A stretch of 64,000 bases of DNA, from positions 15,164 through 79,163 of the forward strand of contig MWCH01000002.1 of NCBI GenBank assembly GCA_002069945.1, in the 5' to 3' direction. Origin of the DNA: Microgenomates group bacterium ADurb.Bin219 (GTDB lineage: Bacteria > Patescibacteriota > Microgenomatia > UM-FILTER-40-11). The stretch's first letter is position 1. Each line of letters opens with the position of its first letter. The translations under genes and the position numbers were made by a program. The notes beneath the pieces were generated by a model. That model was not told the DNA's origin. It saw only the letters and a program-made list of their open reading frames with translations, and ran no database searches. Positions 9,299-16,902 of the stretch are shown in pieces.

Positions 9299-12200
9299 TT
9301 GATATTAAATAATCGTCTATTTAAACTAAAGAAGATGAGTTGGAACAGTATTGTCAATTATCCCAAATATCTAAAAGAGAAACTAAACTTATCAACAAAA
9401 ATCTTTCGGAAACAAAAAACTTCCCTTTATGCTCTTTTACTTCTTCTTTTTTTTCTGCCTATCTCCATCTTGGTTGTCAAAAAATCAACCTGGCTTGTTC
9501 CAAAAGCACAAACTCCCAATCAATCGGCTGACCCCGGCAACGCTTACGATTTTATTCCCGACATAATTTTCGGCAAGGCGGGATTTGGCGAAATTGTTCC
9601 CAATCAAGTTACGGGAAACCGGGTTTTTTTGCCGGCCGGAATTACGGTTGATAGAGGAACCAGCCCAAACCGAATTTACGTTTGGGACAGCGGCAACAGC
9701 CGAATCCTCGGTTTTACTTCATTGGGAACTTGCGAGAGCGGTGCCAACACCGGCCGGCCTTGCACAAACAATCTTGATTGCCCCTCTTCCGTTTGCCAAA
9801 TAAATTCAACCAAAAATGCGGATCTGGTTTTCGGCCAACCCGATCTGTTTCATGCCGCCTGTAACGGAGATAGTACCATTAAGGCCAACCCCTCCGCTGC
9901 CACTTTATGCTCCCAACGCCATCCAAACCAAATAAGTTTGATTGAAGGACCGGAGCCAAACAATATGGCCGTTGATCAAAACCATAATCTTTATGTCGTC
10001 GATAAATGGAATAATCGGGCTTTAAAATACAACGATCCTTTCAATCCCGATAAAACAGAAGGAAAAGGAGATAATATCGCCGACCAGGTTTGGGGCCAAC
10101 CGGATTTTTTTAGCCGCAGCTGCAACCGGAACGAAAACGACGATTGCCATATAGTTGCCAACCCAACCAGCAACAGTCTCTGTTTAGATTGCCATAATCT
10201 TAATGTTATTAATAGCGAGTTTAATGCCAGCGGCCTGGACGTTGAACCGGACGGATCTCGTCTCTGGATTGCCGACGGAGCCAATCATCGGGTTCTTCGT
10301 TTTCCTGCAGATTCCGGTGATGCCGACTTGGTTATCGGCCAACCAGACTTTTCTTCAAGAAATCCAAACGGCTGTGTTTCTTACCCCAATTTACCGGCAG
10401 AAGATGCCCTTTGTCGGCCAAAAGTGGCCAAATATAGTCCTTTAACCAATCAGTTATATATTCTTGATTGGGCCGATGAAATCAACCTTTTCCGAATTTT
10501 AATTTACGACCCTCCTTTTACCAACAATAAAATGGCTCCTTCGGAAATCATTTACGGAGGGCCAACCGACCAATACCGCGATTTGATTGTTAACCAGGAA
10601 CGTTCCGATTGGAGCTACCACCGGCTCAGCCGTCCGCTGGGATTGGCATTAGATCCTTTTGCTCCCAGTGCTTTTTGGTTAACGGACAATAATCACAACC
10701 GGGCTTTGTATTTTCAAAAAATTGCCGGCAAGTGGCAACCAACCAAGGTTTTACCTCAGCCAAATTTGGAAAGAATTCAGAAGTTCGGCTCTTTCAACTG
10801 CTCAAACTTACCGGAAGAAGAAAGATGGCGGTGCTTTGTCAACCCGAGTGGCTCAGCCGGTATTGATTCCGAGGGAAATATTTATCTGGAATCTAACTTC
10901 CATGAGCAGATTTTGCGATTTTCAGCACCGATTCCCACGCCCCTAGCGGAAGCAACCGGCGACGAGGGAATCGGATACGCAGCGGAAAATGTCTTTCTTA
11001 AACAACAGGAAAATGCTTCCGCCGACCAGATGGTGGGAATAAATTTTATCGGTCCGGCAGGGATACATACTCCCAACGCCGCCTTGACGGTCAACTATAC
11101 AGGCGGGGCAAAACAGCTTTTCGTCCAAGACAAATTCCGAGTGCTTGTCTGGAATGATTACACCAATAAAGTTTCCAATTCTCCGGCAGACTATGTTCTT
11201 TTTCAAAACGATTTTAACAGTCAGCTTACCAACGTAAACAACCAGGCCAATAATTGGCTGGTAAGACAAATGGTTGCCGATTCTCAAGGAAGAATCTGGA
11301 TGGCAAAAGAAAGCCAGGGAGTTTATGTTTTTCAGGGCCCGATTAGTACTTCCCCAGCCACCCCTACGATTATTCCCTTAACCTTAAATCTTAAAAACAG
11401 TTCCCGACCAATCAATCTCGGCTTGATTTCCGGATTGGCTTATGACGAAAATGAAGATTGCCTCTGGGTTGCCGATGCTGACAATTACCGGGTTGTCAGA
11501 ATTAATCACCCTCTTGATCCCAACCAAAGAATTGTTGATCTGGTTTTGGGACAACCCAACCTGGACAGTATTAAACCAAACCGATCCAAAGACGACCGAT
11601 CCGATCCTCAAAACTGCCCCAATATGCAACCGGACAGTTTTGCCTCTTTAAGCAAAATTTACCTGGATAATTTTAAAAATCTTTATGTTGTTGATGCCAC
11701 TCATGAATTGGCTTGGTGCAGCAACAACCGACTGATTGAATACGACAAGACTGATTTGACCGCCAAGTTGGAAGAAGGAAAAGTTTTTCTTGCCGACAAT
11801 GAACTGGTCCCCAAAAGAGTTTATGGCCGATCCGGGTTTACCACCAGCGAAAAAAATAAATATTCTGATGAAAATAAACCCAATGCGCCCTTCTCCATCT
11901 CTTTTACTTCCGACAACAGAATGCTGATCGGCGCCGAGGGTTATGGCAATAAAAACTATAAAAGAATCTACCTGCTCAATAATCCTCTGCCCAATTGCCA
12001 AACTTCCTGCCGGGTGGATGAGGACTATCTTGAACTGGCGCCGGGAGCAATTCCCCAATTTGGCTTATCTTATCTTATTCCCCTTTCGGTGAGCCAGCCG
12101 GACGAAGTTTTTTGGGACAAATCAAATAATCTGATTGTTCTTGATCATGCCTGGAGCCGGGTTCTCTTTTTTAAGACTCCCCTTCCTCCTGCGCCTACTC

Positions 12201-13096
12201 CAACAAATGTGCCCAACTGCGCCACCGTCGGCAGAAATTGCACCAGCGTTCCTTGTTGCACCAGTCAAGGGACTGTCTGCACGAAAATTACTTCTTCCTA
12301 TTATCAATGCCAAATTCCCGGCGCTTCTTCCCAAGAAGGAAACCAAACTCCCACCGACGTACCCAACTGCGCTACTGTCGGCAGAAATTGTATAAGCACT
12401 CCTTGTTGTGCCAGCCAAGGAACCGTTTGTACTCCGATTGTCCCTAACTACTCACAATGTTTAGTTCCCACCGTGGCAACCGGCACGACAACCCCAACCC
12501 GAGTTCCGACTTCAAGCCCAACCCCAACCATAATTCCAACACCAAACGCACCTTCCCCGACTTCCGGCCCCATCTCGGGACCAATAATCAAAGATTTCAG
12601 CTCTGTAGCGGATACTTTTATTTATAACTCTGCCGCAAGCGAAAACAGTAATTTCGGCAGCCAGGGAAACCTTAGAACTTCTTTTTGGTCAAGCACAGAC
12701 ATCCGTCAAAGCTTAATAAAATTTGAATTGTCCGAGATTCCGGTATCGGCAAACGTTACTTCAGCAATTCTTAGCCTTGAATCGGTTGCCTGGGGAGGAA
12801 AAGGAACTACCGTCAGTCTTTACAAATTATTGCAAGACTGGGACGAACTGACGGTCACCTGGAAAAATAAACCCAATCAAGACACCCTTCTTTTGGGGAG
12901 CTTCAATGTAACTTCTTTGGGTAAACACCAGCTCAATTTAACTCCGATTGTCCAATCCTGGATTAATAACCCCAATACCAACAAGGGACTTTTGTTAAAA
13001 ATTGAGGTTAAGGGGTTTGATCTTTACTTTGCCTCAAGAGAAAACAACAATCTGACAAAAAGACCGAAGCTGACGGTTACCTATACGATTCCGTAA
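9299..13096 (+). CDS. Large secreted NHL-repeat (beta-propeller) protein with two tandem Cys-rich mini-modules, a Pro/Thr linker and a C-terminal beta-sandwich-like domain (DNRLRE-like)
   Basis: N-terminal hydrophobic anchor/signal. Repeated YVxDxxNxRhxxF-type NHL motifs (NRILGF, NNRALKY, NHRVLRF, NHNRALYF, NYRVVRI). Two ~37-aa C-x6-C-x4-CC-x6-C-x9-C modules, then a PT-rich linker, then a domain ending ...ASRENNNLTKRPKLTVTY. Real start may be the internal Met at 9335. Confidence 0.6.
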   Translation: MILNNRLFKLKKMSWNSIVNYPKYLKEKLNLSTKIFRKQKTSLYALLLLLFFLPISILVVKKSTWLVPKAQTPNQSADPGNAYDFIPDIIFGKAGFGEIVPNQVTGNRVFLPAGITVDRGTSPNRIYVWDSGNSRILGFTSLGTCESGANTGRPCTNNLDCPSSVCQINSTKNADLVFGQPDLFHAACNGDSTIKANPSAATLCSQRHPNQISLIEGPEPNNMAVDQNHNLYVVDKWNNRALKYNDPFNPDKTEGKGDNIADQVWGQPDFFSRSCNRNENDDCHIVANPTSNSLCLDCHNLNVINSEFNASGLDVEPDGSRLWIADGANHRVLRFPADSGDADLVIGQPDFSSRNPNGCVSYPNLPAEDALCRPKVAKYSPLTNQLYILDWADEINLFRILIYDPPFTNNKMAPSEIIYGGPTDQYRDLIVNQERSDWSYHRLSRPLGLALDPFAPSAFWLTDNNHNRALYFQKIAGKWQPTKVLPQPNLERIQKFGSFNCSNLPEEERWRCFVNPSGSAGIDSEGNIYLESNFHEQILRFSAPIPTPLAEATGDEGIGYAAENVFLKQQENASADQMVGINFIGPAGIHTPNAALTVNYTGGAKQLFVQDKFRVLVWNDYTNKVSNSPADYVLFQNDFNSQLTNVNNQANNWLVRQMVADSQGRIWMAKESQGVYVFQGPISTSPATPTIIPLTLNLKNSSRPINLGLISGLAYDENEDCLWVADADNYRVVRINHPLDPNQRIVDLVLGQPNLDSIKPNRSKDDRSDPQNCPNMQPDSFASLSKIYLDNFKNLYVVDATHELAWCSNNRLIEYDKTDLTAKLEEGKVFLADNELVPKRVYGRSGFTTSEKNKYSDENKPNAPFSISFTSDNRMLIGAEGYGNKNYKRIYLLNNPLPNCQTSCRVDEDYLELAPGAIPQFGLSYLIPLSVSQPDEVFWDKSNNLIVLDHAWSRVLFFKTPLPPAPTPTNVPNCATVGRNCTSVPCCTSQGTVCTKITSSYYQCQIPGASSQEGNQTPTDVPNCATVGRNCISTPCCASQGTVCTPIVPNYSQCLVPTVATGTTTPTRVPTSSPTPTIIPTPNAPSPTSGPISGPIIKDFSSVADTFIYNSAASENSNFGSQGNLRTSFWSSTDIRQSLIKFELSEIPVSANVTSAILSLESVAWGGKGTTVSLYKLLQDWDELTVTWKNKPNQDTLLLGSFNVTSLGKHQLNLTPIVQSWINNPNTNKGLLLKIEVKGFDLYFASRENNNLTKRPKLTVTYTIP
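12209..12460 (+). repeat. Imperfect tandem duplication (~100 nt units) encoding two Cys-rich modules inside the NHL protein
   Basis: VPNCATVGRNCTSVPCCTSQGTVCTKITSSYYQCQ and VPNCATVGRNCISTPCCASQGTVCTPIVPNYSQCL, ~75% nucleotide identity. Confidence 0.8.
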
Positions 13097-13105
13097 ATCA
13101 AATTT

Positions 13106-14089
13106 TTACACCAGTCCCATTTTTTCTTTGGCCTCTCGGAGTGTTTCTTTAGCAATTATTGAGCAATAGTCTCTTCCTTCCTCCAATATTTCCTCGACTA
13201 AGTTGGAATTTTGTTCGTAAAATTTTCTTTTTTCCTGAATCGGTTTGATTTCTTCGTAAATCGCATTGGCCAAATCATGTTTGAGATCCTGATAACGGAT
13301 TCCTTCATGGAGGTACTGGCTTTCGTATTTCATTCTGATGTCCTTGCCCTCGAAAAGTTCAACCAAGGTCAGCAAATTAGCTACACCGCCCTCTTGGGGT
13401 ACTTCCGTACCCTTGCCGGTATCTGTCGGCGCGCCGGCCAATCTTTTTCTAATCATTTCCAAATCATCGGTCAGTAGAATGTAACTGCCTTCAATCGACT
13501 TACTCATCTTGCCTTCCCCTTTTAAAGAAGGCACATAAGCGCCTTCCATCAAATAAGCCTGCGGCTCGGGAAAGGTTTTGCCGAACATCAAATTAAATTT
13601 CCGGGCAAATTCGCGCGTAATTTCTATATGGGGAACTTGATCTTTACCAACCGGCACCGTATCGGCTTTATAAAGCATAATATCCGCCGCCATTAAAACC
13701 GGATAATACAAAAGTCCCATGTTGAGATAACCCGGATTTTCCGCTTTTTTGTCTTTATAAGTCGGCAGATCTTCCAATCTGCTTACCGGAAAAATTGTTC
13801 CCAGTAAATAAGCAAGCTCCAGGTGTTCCGGTACTTGCGACTGGATCATTAAATGACACTTTTGAGGATCAAGCCCCGCCGCCAATAAATCCAAAGCCAA
13901 ATTTCTAATTTGATTCGGCAAATCCTTGGGTTTGTAAGGAGTGGTGATTCCATGTAAATCAACCACGCCGTAAATGCAGTCAAATCCCGGCTTGTTTTGC
14001 AGGTCAATTTGACCCTTGATGGCTCCCAGATAATTCCCGATATGAATCAGGTTTGTCGGTCTTAATCCGGAAAAAACTCGTTTTTTCAT
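13106..14089 (-). CDS. trpS: Tryptophanyl-tRNA synthetase
   Basis: Class I HIGH-region (LIHIGNYLGA) and KMSKS motifs, 327 aa. Confidence 0.9.
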   Translation of the reverse strand: MKKRVFSGLRPTNLIHIGNYLGAIKGQIDLQNKPGFDCIYGVVDLHGITTPYKPKDLPNQIRNLALDLLAAGLDPQKCHLMIQSQVPEHLELAYLLGTIFPVSRLEDLPTYKDKKAENPGYLNMGLLYYPVLMAADIMLYKADTVPVGKDQVPHIEITREFARKFNLMFGKTFPEPQAYLMEGAYVPSLKGEGKMSKSIEGSYILLTDDLEMIRKRLAGAPTDTGKGTEVPQEGGVANLLTLVELFEGKDIRMKYESQYLHEGIRYQDLKHDLANAIYEEIKPIQEKRKFYEQNSNLVEEILEEGRDYCSIIAKETLREAKEKMGLV

Positions 14090-14092
14090 AAG

Positions 14093-14165
14093 CAGGGATG
14101 GAGGGAATCGAACCCCCGACCGACGGTTTTGGAGACCGTTGCTCTACCAACTGAGCTACATCCCT
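14093..14165 (-). tRNA. tRNA-Trp (anticodon CCA)
   Basis: Hand-folded cloverleaf: 7-bp acceptor AGGGATG/CATCCCT, D arm GCTC/GAGC, anticodon stem ACGGT/ACCGT with loop CTCCAAA, T loop TTCGATT. Sits 3 nt upstream of trpS on the same strand; no encoded CCA. Confidence 0.8.
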
Positions 14166-14173
14166 TTAAAAAG

Positions 14174-14247
14174 TAGCAGGGGCGGGACTCGAACCCGCGA
14201 TCTTTGCGTTATGAATGCACTGCTCTAACCAGCTGAGCTACCCTGCC
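14174..14247 (-). tRNA. tRNA with CAU anticodon (Met or Ile2-type); anticodon stem imperfect
   Basis: Acceptor GGCAGGG/CCCTGCT (G1.U72), D arm GCTC-AGCTGGTTA-GAGC, T arm GCGGG-TTCGAGT-CCCGC all canonical. Anticodon loop TTCATAA, but the anticodon stem GTGCA/CGCAA has only 3 Watson-Crick pairs (A31.C39 and G27.A43 mismatches). Possibly a degenerating copy. Confidence 0.5.
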
Positions 14248-14354
14248 TGGTTTAAATTTGAAATACAGAAGCATTATAACAACAATAAAACTCCGCTTCA
14301 ATTAAAGCGGGGTTCTCGCTTTTATGAATATCGTTATCCCGATCGTATAGAAAG

Positions 14355-14384
14355 AAAAAACCGCCAAATTTATGGCGGTTTTTT
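14355..14384. terminator. Bidirectional intrinsic-terminator-like hairpin
   Basis: aaaaaa-CCGCCA-aattta-TGGCGG-tttttt: 6-bp GC stem flanked by an A-run and a T-run, between the tRNA-like element and the CAU tRNA. Confidence 0.55.
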
Positions 14385-14395
14385 AATAACTCATG

Positions 14396-14465
14396 TTGCG
14401 GGGCCGGGAGTCGCGCCCGGCCTGGAAGATTATGAGCCTTCCGTGCTACTGTACACTACCCCGCA
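14396..14465 (-). ncRNA. GC-rich tRNA-like element with CUCAUAA anticodon loop and non-canonical T-loop
   Basis: Folds as a cloverleaf: acceptor TGCGGGG/CCCCGCA (U1-A72), D arm GTGT-ACAGTA-GCAC, anticodon stem GAAGG/TCTTC with loop CTCATAA, T arm CCGGG-CGCGACT-CCCGG (lacks the T54-psi55 TT). ~70% GC in a ~40% GC genome. Overlapped by the spurious N-terminal extension of ORF 14393..15286. Confidence 0.4.
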
Positions 14466-14512
14466 CAACGAAAACTATTTTAACAAAAAAATGTTTAAAC
14501 CGCAAGGAAGTG

Positions 14513-15286
14513 ATGCTGGATTTTCTTGGGAAAACTTCCTATAATTTTTTTATGGATCCGAAACTGCCCATTCGCTCCTCTACCCAAGAACAGGTTCCCC
14601 TGGAAAATATCAGGGATAACCTTTTTATTCTCAAGGACGGCAATTGCGGCGTAGTTCTTTCCGTTTCCGCCTTGAATTTCAGCTTGCTTTCCGAAACCGA
14701 ACAGGAAGCGACAATTTATGCCTATGCGGCCCTGCTTAACTCGCTGACTTTTCCCATCCAGATACTTACCCGCTCAAAGCAAAAAGATATCTCCTCTTAT
14801 CTGGCGATTCTCCTTGAGGAAGAAAATAAACAGAAAAATCCCCTTCTTCAAGGACAAATTAAAAAATACCGCAAATTTGTTGAAGAGATGATTAAAAGAA
14901 ACAACGTCCTCGATAAAGATTTCTACGTCGTTATCCCCTTTTCTCTTTATGAACTGGGGGCGCCGCAGATTATCGGGAAAGGCCTGATTTCCCCAAAAAA
15001 ATCTTTGCCTTTTTCCGAAAATTATATTGTTGAAAAGGCCAAGATTAATCTTGGCCCCAAAAAAGACCAATTGATCCGTCAATTCGGCCGCATCGGCCTG
15101 GTGGCCAGACAGCTCAATACCCAAGAACTGACGGCTCTTTTTTACGAAATTTATAACCCTAAGCAAGCGGAAAGACAAAAAATTTCGGCCGACAATCAAT
15201 ATTCTTCTCCAATTGTTCAACCCGCTCCGTCAGGCCCCCGGCTAAAACTCAATAGACAAACAATTTCCACCAACGGCGCCAGTTAG
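14513..15286 (+). CDS. Hypothetical protein (no recognisable motif)
   Basis: Long ORF with coding-like composition. The track start at 14393 overlaps the tRNA-like element, so an internal Met at 14513 (or 14552) is more plausible. Confidence 0.45.
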   Translation: MLDFLGKTSYNFFMDPKLPIRSSTQEQVPLENIRDNLFILKDGNCGVVLSVSALNFSLLSETEQEATIYAYAALLNSLTFPIQILTRSKQKDISSYLAILLEEENKQKNPLLQGQIKKYRKFVEEMIKRNNVLDKDFYVVIPFSLYELGAPQIIGKGLISPKKSLPFSENYIVEKAKINLGPKKDQLIRQFGRIGLVARQLNTQELTALFYEIYNPKQAERQKISADNQYSSPIVQPAPSGPRLKLNRQTISTNGAS

Positions 15287-15611
15287 ATATCGGCCGGTCT
15301 TCCGTATCAGCTAGGAAATTGGGCGGAACTATTGTCGGCAAAATAATCACTTTTTCTCCCTCTCTGGTCATTCCCAGTTTCTCCCTGGCCTCTTCTTCAA
15401 TAAAATCCTTTCCTTGAACCTTTTCCAGCTTCGCCCTAAGTTCCCGGTTTTTTTCTTCCAACTCCAAAATTTCCGTTTCTAAATCCACCAGCTTCCGACC
15501 AGCTTTCCAAGTAACATAAATCTGTCTAGAAAAATTCACTATAAGGCTAAACAAAAAAATTATTACCAGGCTGTAAAAAAAATTATTCTTCATATTATGG
15601 GTTGACATCAT
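15249..15611 (-). CDS. FtsB/DivIC-like septum formation initiator (TM + coiled coil)
   Basis: N-terminal TM helix followed by coiled coil LELEEKNRELRAKLEKVQ...DFIEEEAREKLGMTREGEKVI, typical of the FtsB/DivIC family. Confidence 0.55.
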   Translation of the reverse strand: MMSTHNMKNNFFYSLVIIFLFSLIVNFSRQIYVTWKAGRKLVDLETEILELEEKNRELRAKLEKVQGKDFIEEEAREKLGMTREGEKVIILPTIVPPNFLADTEDRPISNWRRWWKLFVY

Positions 15612-15620
15612 TCCTGCTTC

Positions 15621-16505
15621 GTGTTATCATTCTCCAATATGAATGAGCCGACCACCATTACTTCTGCCAAATTGGAATTCACGGAAACTCTTAAAAAACA
15701 AAAAAGAGCTTCTGCGACTATTCTAGCATACGGCAATGATATCGCTCAGTTGGAAGCTTTTTTGGCCCAAAAAGGCATTTCCCAAATTTTAGCCATTAAT
15801 CAAGCGGTTTTGGATGAGTTTAAGGCACAAATGGAAAAGGACGGCTATACGGCCAAATCCATCTCCCGCAAGATAAATTCCATTAAAACTTTTTTCCGGG
15901 TTTTACAAAACGAAGGCGTTATTAAAGATAATCCGGCTACTTTATTGGCTCACCCCAAATACGAAACCAAACCCCCGAGAATTCTTTCCAAGGTCGAATA
16001 CCGAGCCTTAAGAGACGCCTGTAGAAACGATGTCCGTATTTCGGCCATCGTTGAATTGATGCTCCAAACCGGATTGCGTATCAGCGAAGTCGCCAATCTG
16101 AAAATTGAAGATTATAAAAACGATTCACTTTTCATTGCCGCCTACGAATCCCATCCGGAAAGAGTTATTCCCTTAAACAAAGCGGCCAAAACCGCCCTGG
16201 AAAGGTATTTAAGCCAAAGGCCGAAAGACATCAAGGAAAAAGCAATTTTTGTGACCAAAACCGGCCGCTCTTTCTTAATCAGAAATATCCGCTCCGCCAT
16301 TGAACGCTACTTTAGCCAGGCCGATCTTAAAAACGTCAAAGTTAACGATTTGCGTCATACCTGGGTATTCTATCAACTGGACGCGGGCGTTTCCGTAGCG
16401 ACGATCGCCAAACTGGCCGGCCACAAAAGAGTTTCCACGACGGAAAAATATTTGGAACTAATCGGCAGTAAAAAAGAGCAAGCGGCTAAACTGGAAGAAT
16501 TGTAA
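15621..16505 (+). CDS. Tyrosine-type site-specific recombinase (XerC/XerD-like integrase family)
   Basis: 294 aa with catalytic residues in GLRISEV ... LRHTWVF ... AGHKRVSTTEKYLEL (R..HxxR..Y). Confidence 0.8.
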   Translation: MLSFSNMNEPTTITSAKLEFTETLKKQKRASATILAYGNDIAQLEAFLAQKGISQILAINQAVLDEFKAQMEKDGYTAKSISRKINSIKTFFRVLQNEGVIKDNPATLLAHPKYETKPPRILSKVEYRALRDACRNDVRISAIVELMLQTGLRISEVANLKIEDYKNDSLFIAAYESHPERVIPLNKAAKTALERYLSQRPKDIKEKAIFVTKTGRSFLIRNIRSAIERYFSQADLKNVKVNDLRHTWVFYQLDAGVSVATIAKLAGHKRVSTTEKYLELIGSKKEQAAKLEEL

Positions 16506-16605
16506 ACCTTCTTTATTTTTGATTGCCTCCCTCCCCTTCTTTGTTTAACTAATTTTTAATGGCAGAATAGAAATATTGGGAGGTTAGGATTTTATTTATA
16601 AATAG

Positions 16606-16646
16606 TAGGCTCGCTTGGGATCGAACCAAGGACCCTTTCTTTATAA
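16606..16646 (-). pseudogene. 3' half (anticodon-loop TTATAA through 3' end) of an interrupted tRNA-Ile(UAU)-like gene ('outer' tRNA)
   Basis: Minus-strand reading TTATAA-AGAAA-GGGTC-CTTGG-TTCGATC-CCAAG-CGAGCCT-A. Its anticodon-stem 3' strand AGAAA and acceptor 3' strand pair perfectly with the 5' half at 16794..16828. Confidence 0.7.
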
Positions 16647-16682
16647 TTTGCTTCGCAAAGTATATTGAATTTCGGACTAAGG

Positions 16683-16754
16683 TGGACCAGCTTGGATTCG
16701 AACCAAGGACTCCGTCTTTATAAGAGACGTACTCTACCGCTGAGTTACTGGTCC
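16683..16754 (-). tRNA. tRNA-Ile (anticodon UAU), intact, located inside the insertion that splits the outer tRNA
   Basis: Cloverleaf: GGACCAG/CTGGTCC acceptor, D arm ACTC-AGCGGTA-GAGT, anticodon stem CGTCT/AGACG with loop CTTATAA (anticodon TAT), T arm CTTGG-TTCGAAT-CCAAG, discriminator A then CC. Confidence 0.75.
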
Positions 16755-16793
16755 AAATTCATTATTAAATTCATTATAATTATTAAATTCATT
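16755..16793. repeat. AT-rich 12-nt tandem repeat (aaattcattatt x ~3) inside the tRNA-disrupting insertion
   Basis: ccaaattcattattaaattcattataattattaaattcattataag read directly from sequence. Confidence 0.8.
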
Positions 16794-16828
16794 ATAAGAG
16801 AAATGCTCTACCACCGAGCTACGAGCCC
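16794..16828 (-). pseudogene. 5' half (5' end through anticodon loop) of the interrupted outer tRNA-Ile(UAU)-like gene
   Basis: Minus-strand reading GGGCTCG-TA-GCTC-GGTGGTA-GAGC-A-TTTCT-CTTAT(AA), followed by the insertion. TTATAA is present at both junctions (16641..16646 and 16792..16797). Confidence 0.7.
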
Positions 16829-16902
16829 CCCAAAATTAGCCTAATTTTAACAGATTCGAAGCAAAAAGGAAAAAATCAGGTAGCCAGTATCAAATATCCG
16901 AG

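Noticed and set aside
14215-14544. 109-aa plus-strand ORF
   Set aside because: Lies across two tRNA genes and the GC-rich tRNA-like element; composition is explained by the RNA genes on the other strand.
16647-16797. Group I intron interpretation of the tRNA-disrupting insertion
   Set aside because: At 145 nt it is far shorter than bacterial tRNA group I introns and carries no P/Q/R/S-like elements; it contains a whole tRNA instead.
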